Assembly: GCA_000320545.1 (NCBI GenBank)
Contig: ADNK01000495.1
Span: 1 to 64,000 of the forward strand
DNA from: Bigelowiella natans CCMP2755
Lineage: Eukaryota > Protista > Cercozoa
Length of the DNA: 64,000 nucleotides
Reading direction: 5' to 3'
In this document: positions 56,272-64,000 of the stretch, in pieces
Numbering within the stretch: the stretch's first letter is position 1
Layout of the letters: every line of letters starts with the position of its first letter
Made by a program: the position numbers and the translations under genes
The notes under the pieces: generated by a model
Databases searched by the model: none
The model's input: only the letters and a program-made list of their open reading frames with translations
Told to the model about the DNA's origin: nothing

Positions 56272-57526
56272 CCTCCCTACTTTTTCATCTATTTATTTTA
56301 CAACAAGATTTCTCTCTTAGTGTCTTCGATCAATTTTGTCCATTACAACTTATGTAAGGGTTTGGAGACAAAGAAACAACCTACAATGGGAGCCCAGAAA
56401 GGAGGGAAGAAGAAGGGAGGCAGTGTCAAAAAGGGTAAGAAGATATTCTTTTTTAAGCTTTGGCCCATTGCTAAGGATCTATTGGTATTGATATCAGCGA
56501 AGAAACAGCGAGTAAAAGGCCAATTGAAAACCATTAATGAAATTGAGAATGGTAAGCAAAATGTGATTTTACGTGTGAATCCACCAAATCCATCTCATCC
56601 ACATGCGCAGGGGACGAAAAAGCGGGGACGAGTACCATAATGATAAGTGGTTTGAATTTTGATGCAACTGAAGAAGATGTTAGGTTCTCACACAGCGTTT
56701 ACAGCAGAATTCCTTTTATTCATCTCACTAGTATTTTTGCATTATCAGAAATTTCTTCGGAGATGAGTGTGCAGTATCAATAGTTGATGTCTCTGTACCG
56801 TTGTACAAAGACGGTCCACGGTAGTGGTTGAACGTTACCATTCGTCGTTCATTTTAATTGATGAGACCCTCAACAGGAACCGCGGTGTGGCATTTGTAAA
56901 AGTCGACACAAACAAGAAGATGCACGAGATGATCCAGCAATTTGATAAGAAGGAGCTTATGGACAGGTTACACATCTTATAGAATACCGTTTAGCTCGCC
57001 ACTTACCCGCATATTGTTAGATATCTAGATCTGCGTGTGTCAACAGCCAAAAGGACGACAGGCGACGACAGTTATTTTGCGGTCGTTCAATCTCTCTCCC
57101 CTTGAAGCTTCTCAACTTTGAAATTCTGAAATAATGTACATCCCTCAGAAAGAGCTCAGCGAAAAACCTGAAATGTGCAGAACAGTTGGGGTTTTCAACC
57201 TGTGCTGGAAGGTTACGGAGGAAAAACTCGCAAAACATTTTAAGGTGGCACTGCATTCAAACGTCACAAGCTATCTATAACGTTTTCCTTGTTCAGGATT
57301 GTGGGGAAGTGTTTGCAACACGGATTGTGGAGAAAAATGGACGCTCCGCAGGATATGGATATGTGGAATTTGTTAGCATGAATTCTGTTGACAATGCTGT
57401 CGAGCTTACGGGGACCAAGATAAACAAAAGGCCTATACGGGTAATTGCTACTAGGGATGATCATTCGGTTATGATTTTAAAGTATACATTGTGCAGGTTG
57501 ACTATGCTCCTAATTGGAATGAGTAA
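56031..57526 (+). CDS. Lys-rich two-RRM RNA-binding protein (nucleolar, Nop13/nucleolin-like)
   Basis: IMISGLNFDATEEDV..NRGVAFVKV; VGVFNLCWKVTEEKLAKHFK|DCGEV..RSAGYGYVEF..INKRPIR|VDYA. Confidence 0.8.
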
Positions 57527-57699
57527 TGAAACAACACAACATGCCGCCACATTCGAGTTGCCAGTTCTGCTGCTATTGCTGATATTGAACTGGAAAGCAA
57601 AGTATTACTTTTGGATACTTCACCAACACTTAAATCTCGTCCTTCGCTTCGTAAACCTGTCCTTTACGTTACGAAGAATGATCATTATAATAATATGTG

Positions 57700-58750
57700 A
57701 CACAAGTTAGACTTATTTGTCAATGCATGAAGCTGAGCTATATCGTATGCTGCGAGCGGGCAAGTACATCGATACGATGGCAATCTAGCAATGCCGCCAT
57801 GCATGTTTACATGCATGCTGCTATACAGGCGAACGGTCTGCTGTAATACGATCAGGCTAGCAACGTGCATATTACACAACATTAATTGAGACAATTACAC
57901 GACACAAATTACATGTACATGTAGCTAGACCTAATTATAAGACACATTACTGTTGCTGTCATTGCGCTGCTACACTACAGAACACCAGACTATGCTAGTA
58001 TGAGACGGATGCAATGAAGTGTGTGATTGAATCTTTTGCATGGTTGCACACCAGACTACCATGCTGCATGTTTAGATGTGTGCATGACGTGAAAACATGA
58101 ACATGCTCCAGTGCCTTGTGTGTGTGTGTGTGTGTGCGTGTGTGTGTGCCAAGCTATCTAGCTATAGCGCACAAGGCAGCAACAACTAGACAATGGTGGA
58201 CTCATCTAGCAAACATGTGGCATGTGACTGCACATCTCATGACGGTGCAATGCGCGTATGTAGACCGGAGCTGTCGCAAAAATGCATGGCAACTAACCAC
58301 ATCAATGTGTCATTAGCTGTTGCACATCAGACTGCGCACATCTGTGTCATGCTAGCCTGTGCAAGCTAGCATCCGCTGCGTGAGCTATGCTGCACACTGC
58401 CATGTCAATCAATGTCATCCCCTGCGTGAGCTATGCTGCACACTGCCATGTCAATCAATGTCATCCCATCATCGATTGTTGTTACACAGCCATGTGAGCA
58501 GAATGATACGATTGCCCAACAACTAGAACAAGTGCACAATGCGCATGCATGGTGTAGCGGTGTAGCGGTGTAGCGGACTACAATGCAGCCATCACCAGCG
58601 TAGACGAGCATGATAGTTAGCTAGATCATCAGGCAAGTATCGGGGGTGTAGCAGCGTAGTTGTTTCAGGTAGCGCGGTCAGGAGTGCTTGTACGATAAAT
58701 AGACCATCATGCTTACCCCTTTTTTACCCAGCATCATGCTATGTAATCCA
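57700..58750. repeat. TG/CA/CTAG-rich intergenic block containing a LINE terminal motif (58001-58020, minus strand) and a 46-bp tandem duplication (58376-58467)
   Basis: tgagacggatgcaatgaagt; ctgcgtgagctatgctgcacactgccatgtcaatcaatgtcatccc x2. Confidence 0.7.
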
Positions 58751-58952
58751 TATTTGTAGACATCTTTGTACATAGTTTGATTTATTCTTTTCAGCGACTT
58801 GCTTCAGCATAATGTTACTAGCGTAGTTAATGTCTTTGCACAAAACATATACCTTTCCTTGAATTCACTAGAATATTATTAACTACTATGTTGACACTAG
58901 AGAGCTCGAATAATTTCATGAGTCTCTAATATTATAAATCAACGGGGATATT

Positions 58953-60068
58953 TTAAAATTGTCCAGTTACAATAGCGTTCACCCAAGGCTCCCTTCTCTT
59001 ACAAACAACAGCCTTGTGATGTACGCACTCTGGGAGCCGATCGGTTGAATGGAGGCCGCTCTTTTGGTCATCCCTGTCTTGATTGAACATACGTGGAGAC
59101 GTTGAGTAATATTTAAGAAGACCCTCCTGGGAAAGGGCACAACGGATACCATCTCCACTTGCTCGAATGGGACGTGTGTATTTAATCATGACTTCGGCGC
59201 CCTTCTTTGTCATGAAGTATGCGTGAGCACAGTAGGAGTTACAGGTTTCAACCAGATCGATTCCAGCCGTCTCATATGTTTTCATAATTTTAGAAGGACA
59301 ATCATCCCAACATCGACCCAAGTTGAGTCCCTGCCATCCCAGCTCGTCTGATGTCTGGCCCATAGTGTAAAGCACTTCCATAACATTGTTTGAATTCATT
59401 TCGGTCGAATTTATAGCCATAGCGAAAACGTCATCATCAATGGTAATATCATCCTCAAAGAAGAGACCGTGCTTGATAGCATCGTCATTCTTAAAGTACT
59501 CAAGAGCCAATGTGTGAGACTGACTCACTGCAACCTCGGCTGGAGTTATCTTATCGAGAGGAAGCTTGCCGTGTATCTGGGGGGGAAGAACATTTTAGCT
59601 ACCCAGAAACAAACAATGAACAATTTTACTCTTACCTCTCCCTGCACTTGGAGAAAACCCAAAGGGAGCTTAGGAATGTGAGCTCCTTCACCAATTATAT
59701 CGAGCTCACCAACTCCAAGTTTCTCTCTTGCAAATTGGCGGACGTGTTGCTCGCGATCAGCAAGGGCAATGAAGTAGACTCCAAGATCCTTGTATCTTCC
59801 CAACATACTATAAGTTGAAAAATGTCAATCGTTATTACTAGAAATTTAGTCAAGCAGTTGTCTTAATGCCCTCTCACTCAGGAAAGTGTTTCAATTACAT
59901 CGAGACGAGATGATGAGTCTGGTTAACAGGAGCTTCACGTGCCTCGAGAAAGGATACGTGGTGAAAAGATGGCTCCTCTGGTGCAACACCGTTTAATATC
60001 CCCTGATTCCAAGTCGCCTGCACATTAAGTGCAATGGCCAGAGCGGTCAGAGCTACAACCGACGTCAT
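58953..60068 (-). CDS. Glycosyltransferase family 25-like protein with a signal peptide/anchor
   Basis: VYFIALADREQH, TPAEVAVSQSH, GLFFEDDI, LNLGRC, CAHAYFMTKKGAEVMI, PRMFNQ. Confidence 0.75.
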
Positions 60069-60968
60069 TGAAGTTCGGGGGTAGGGACTGGGTTTTAATT
60101 GTGGGCCGAGTTGTAAGATTCGAGGTGTTTAAGGTTTTACTGCAACTGTAAACGCAATGCAATGTCTGCATTTTCACTGGAACGATAAACTTCACACATA
60201 GATTGTATGTAAAATTGGCTAAGAGTTTCCGATATTGACAGAAAGACTGCCCATATAATTTCTGAAAGAGATAATATTTGTGGAGCCAATCATCCCGAAA
60301 AGTTGAACTAAATCATTGTCTTTATTAACAATTTTCCTCTCTTTTGGGAATATTTTCCTGCTGCGTGAGAAGAATGCAGCATACCGTATTAATTGGTACC
60401 AAGGACATCTATTTTAGGCTTTTGAAGGATTCTGAGTATTTTAGTCTTTTGAAGGATTTTAGAAGGGAACAATCATTAAGAGACATTGAGAAATATTGAG
60501 AAACAATTGTCGCTTCAATGCAAATGTAAGGCAATCCTGCAATCCTTCAATTTCAGCCTTGTAAAATGTGTTCGCCAACGCGACAACTAAGAACACCTAA
60601 AAGCAACAAGGAATCGCCAAAAATTTACATCTTGAAAAAATAGCGTTGGTATTTTCGAGTCCTGTATTATCAGTTGACAGCCCGTGCGAAAGTACGCAAA
60701 TGAAATGGATTCCGAGGCTACGACAGGCAGAGAACACTTAATAGAGCGACTACGGCAACCCAATCACAGGACAGCTGCCCTTCCCTCCCTGCGAGATTTT
60801 CGAGTTTTTTAGATTGAAGTAGCTTTCCACAACGTACAGCATGCTGTTTATAGGAACCAAGTATTTCTTCATCCTCAAGGAGAATTCGAAAATTTTATTG
60901 TTACCTGAGAGAGTTGACCATTTTTAACTTCCACTGCGAAATCAATATCTACCCATCTTCAGGGTACG

Positions 60969-62039
60969 ATGTCTCCACTGTACTTTCTCTCCTCGCTTAT
61001 CCTTCTTCCTGGAATCCGAGCTACATGGGGAGAGGCGGAAGCCATGCCTAAGATGCTCAGTACACAGGTGTCTACTCCGTTGAGATTACTGATGTGCATC
61101 ACCGGCCAACGTGAAAGGCTTGAACTCAAAAGCAAAATTAGAAACTTCATTCAGCCCAATGTCAACAAAGGTCACATAGTTGATGTTATTACGATCCTGG
61201 ATGATAGGAAGAATGCTAAATTTGTCAACAAAGCTCCATCATCTCTGATCGAAACTGAAATGATGAACGACACATCACTCCTGATGCAGAGCGTCAATAA
61301 CCTACATCAAGTATCTTATAGACAACCTGATAACCCGCTCCCAGTTTCATGGTACATCGAAGCTCTTGATAAATCTAACACAATGAATGAAACGGAGCGA
61401 ATGCAGGGTCATGTACGCCAATACCTGACTATGGAACAATGTTACGACGAAATGTTGACTCTTGAATTCAAGAACAGCAAGAGGTATGATGAAATATTCC
61501 GGTTGAGAGAGGACACTGTTTTGCTTGCTCCAATAAATCCACTGCACGAGCAAGCAATACCTGTTCCAGATTATCTTGTCAACGAATGTGATTGTTGGTA
61601 TAATGGCACCAACGACAAGGGGGCTCTAATGCTTCGCAGAGTCGCCAAAACCCACTTCCGTGGATTTCGAACAGCGCTGTACTTAGACAAGACCATTCTT
61701 GATCCAACAGTAAGGATTCGGAATCCTGAGACATTTACATTGTCCATCCTACAGAAAGCGAAATTTGTCATAAAGAAAAGCATATATGATATGCCTGTGG
61801 TTCCAATTCGCACAGCGGCATCGGGTGTAGTATCGCAGGATTGCTTGCATGCTTTAGAGCAAGCCTGCTGGAAAAAATATTACGATAAGTATAAATCCGA
61901 GACTCCTTATTGTGTAGAAATAGGGGAAGAATCCCCACAAATTCTAGAGCATTATCAAAATGCAAAAAAGGCAAAGCAGAAAAGGATTAAGAAGGCAGAT
62001 GAAGAAAATACTGGACGACAACATAAATCAGATTCCTGA
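60969..62039 (+). CDS. Intronless secreted protein, possibly a GT-A-like glycosyltransferase
   Basis: 356-aa ORF with a signal peptide; LMCITGQRERL, RQYLTMEQC, RYDEIFRLRED, GTNDKGA resemble algal/viral GT-like proteins; function unconfirmed. Confidence 0.65.
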   Translation: MSPLYFLSSLILLPGIRATWGEAEAMPKMLSTQVSTPLRLLMCITGQRERLELKSKIRNFIQPNVNKGHIVDVITILDDRKNAKFVNKAPSSLIETEMMNDTSLLMQSVNNLHQVSYRQPDNPLPVSWYIEALDKSNTMNETERMQGHVRQYLTMEQCYDEMLTLEFKNSKRYDEIFRLREDTVLLAPINPLHEQAIPVPDYLVNECDCWYNGTNDKGALMLRRVAKTHFRGFRTALYLDKTILDPTVRIRNPETFTLSILQKAKFVIKKSIYDMPVVPIRTAASGVVSQDCLHALEQACWKKYYDKYKSETPYCVEIGEESPQILEHYQNAKKAKQKRIKKADEENTGRQHKSDS

Positions 62040-62049
62040 GATGCACACC

Positions 62050-62730
62050 GTTGAGTTTGTCATAATGCGCACATATATTTATATCAAAAATGACTGCGAT
62101 AGGAAATATAAACAATAGCACATATCTTTGATATAGATTATCCTGTTAAGATACACACGTACACCATACACACACACACACACACACATCGGCTACCACG
62201 TACATAATAATGAACGGTTACGTCTAGAAATATGTATGTGTACCTATATATCACATACACACACTAGCTATATATACATCTAGTATACTAGACATGCATA
62301 TGTGGCGAGTGACGAGCGAGAAGGCAATTATTGTTACATTGCACCAAATCCTAATACCTCTTTGCTGCGTACATGTAGCTATATGTGGCAAGTGCGTGTA
62401 CGTACGATGATGTCTACATACTAGCATAGCACATGCTTGCTTTGTCCACACACGTACGTTATGCGTGTACAGCTTGTGCATGGTACGATGCATGTGTCTA
62501 GATGTAAATGTACGTACGTACAGCAGTGCAGTGCAGAACCTACGCCACAACCAGATGCATGCACATGGCATTTAGTGCACGCACGTACGTCGCATGGATG
62601 TGTATGTCTTGCGCACGACAAATGGACCCAGCTAGAAAGCCACACACATCCAAATGTCATTTACAATTTTGCTTGTACAATGTAATACCTTATACTTTCA
62701 TCTGTGAGTAATCCACACATGCACGATCCA
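62050..62730. repeat. Purine/pyrimidine-alternating TG/CA-rich intergenic block
   Basis: Dense TGCA, CATG, ACGT and CTAG between convergent gene ends. Confidence 0.6.
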
Positions 62731-62828
62731 CATTTACACCAATCTTTTCAATTTTAGTGCCAAATATGAAACTAAGAATTATGACGCCCGAAAACAGTTT
62801 GCTGTGAATCTATGCGAAGATCCCAGCT

Positions 62829-64000
62829 TTATGAGCATAAGTCTTCCAAGGCCTGAATGAAAAAAATAATCACCAATCTACTAAAGTAACGTTTATGTAT
62901 GCAACCTTTAAGTTAATCTTTTGTGCAATGTTCTTGTCCTGATGATAAAATGAGAATAAGTGCGCCAACGAAACAGTACAACCAGTAGAATTTCTACCTG
63001 AACGGCGCTGAGGGCGGCATCATAAGGACTTGAGAAATCTGTTCGCTTCCTTTTTTTTCGTTTCTTGCGAGGTACCTTACTGCAGATATTGGATAGAGAA
63101 TAACGTTTCAAACCCTCGTTTTTAATCATAATTGTTTTGTTACCCAAGTTTCTTGGCCAGTTCCCTCTTTTCCTCTATTTCTCGGAGATGTCCATCATTT
63201 TGTTCGTGCCAAATCTTTCAGTGATAAACACAAACGTAAGTTCAAAACAAAGGCAGGAACTGTGCAATAAATTCTTCACCAAAAACACAGGCGACTCACC
63301 TTAGCCTTTTGTTTTGTTTCCTCCTCATTGAGAAGAAGAGTTTCTAATTCATCATCGTCAACATCTCCAAAGTCCGTGTCCTCAGTCTCAAGGTATTCCT
63401 GCCAGAGGGAAGTAAACACCCAGACGCTCTCATGCATTCTACCGAAATATGCCATTAGAGAATTTGTATCTTACGTTGAAGTCCCCATCCATGTAACCCT
63501 TCACCACAGTCGAAATGTCACCGACAGGCGTTGAGGGAGTAGGGTCAGGGATGCTTCCTGGGAGTTTGTCAGATTTATCAAGTCCCTTTGTTTTACTGCT
63601 GGTTGGGGATGCAGCGGCGTTCTTCTCGTCAATTCGTTTCCGTTTTTCGAATGCGGGCGGGTTCATTGCAACCCCAGCTGAGATATCGCTATCAAGGAAC
63701 TGTTCATATATTGCATCTCGAATGAGCTCGGATGAACTTCCATCTGTACAAAGTTTACGGGTAATGATGTCACAAAGAATAGAGTGACCTCCTTCACTGT
63801 GAGCTTGGCACTGGGTGTTTCCTCGAACTCTTTCAACCTCTTATTGACCTAGTAGTAGATGGACGAAGAAGAAATATGAGACGAGATGATAATAATACAT
63901 GGGAGGAGGAAGGGCTAGAAAAAGAACATCGAAATACCGTCGCAGATGCTACGCCAACTACTTTTCGCACTTGGTCCAAAGATCTTTTGAACCCTGAACA
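62829..64000 (-). CDS. BRF1: TFIIIB subunit BRF1, C-terminal part (5' part lies beyond the window)
   Basis: DFGDVDDDELETLLLNEEETKQKAK|IWHEQNDGHLRE (Brf1 homology block II) and ..AQKINLK|ALEDL (block III). Confidence 0.75.

Overview
Gene-dense eukaryotic nuclear DNA with GT-AG introns and many microsatellites. The source is probably an alga with a secondary plastid (chlorarachniophyte-like), inferred from signal-plus-transit presequences on plastid proteins such as Rpl10. I can reconstruct about 19 protein genes: a tandem-CH actin-binding protein, an ankyrin protein, a CAMK-like kinase, a cytochrome b5 protein, a bestrophin-like channel, a DUF4434-like protein, a POR-like SDR, BiP, plastid Rpl10, cactin, mitochondrial S18, an orphan secreted protein, an EF-hand+CBS protein, a cyclophilin, a zf-4CXXC_R1 protein, a 2xRRM protein, a GT25-like enzyme, a GT-like protein and BRF1. 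Genes alternate strand at 16 of 18 junctions. The main signal is intergenic. Every spacer that receives a gene 3' end carries a 0.4-1.3 kb TG/CA/CTAG-rich block, and in the strongest blocks TpA is almost eliminated except inside CTAG. No divergent promoter spacer shows this. Several blocks hold remnants of a LINE family whose copies differ by TA>TG/CA changes. This suggests a targeted A:T>G:C hypermutation process opposite in direction to fungal RIP; the mechanism is inference. Exon models and counts were made by eye, and some gene ends are approximate.
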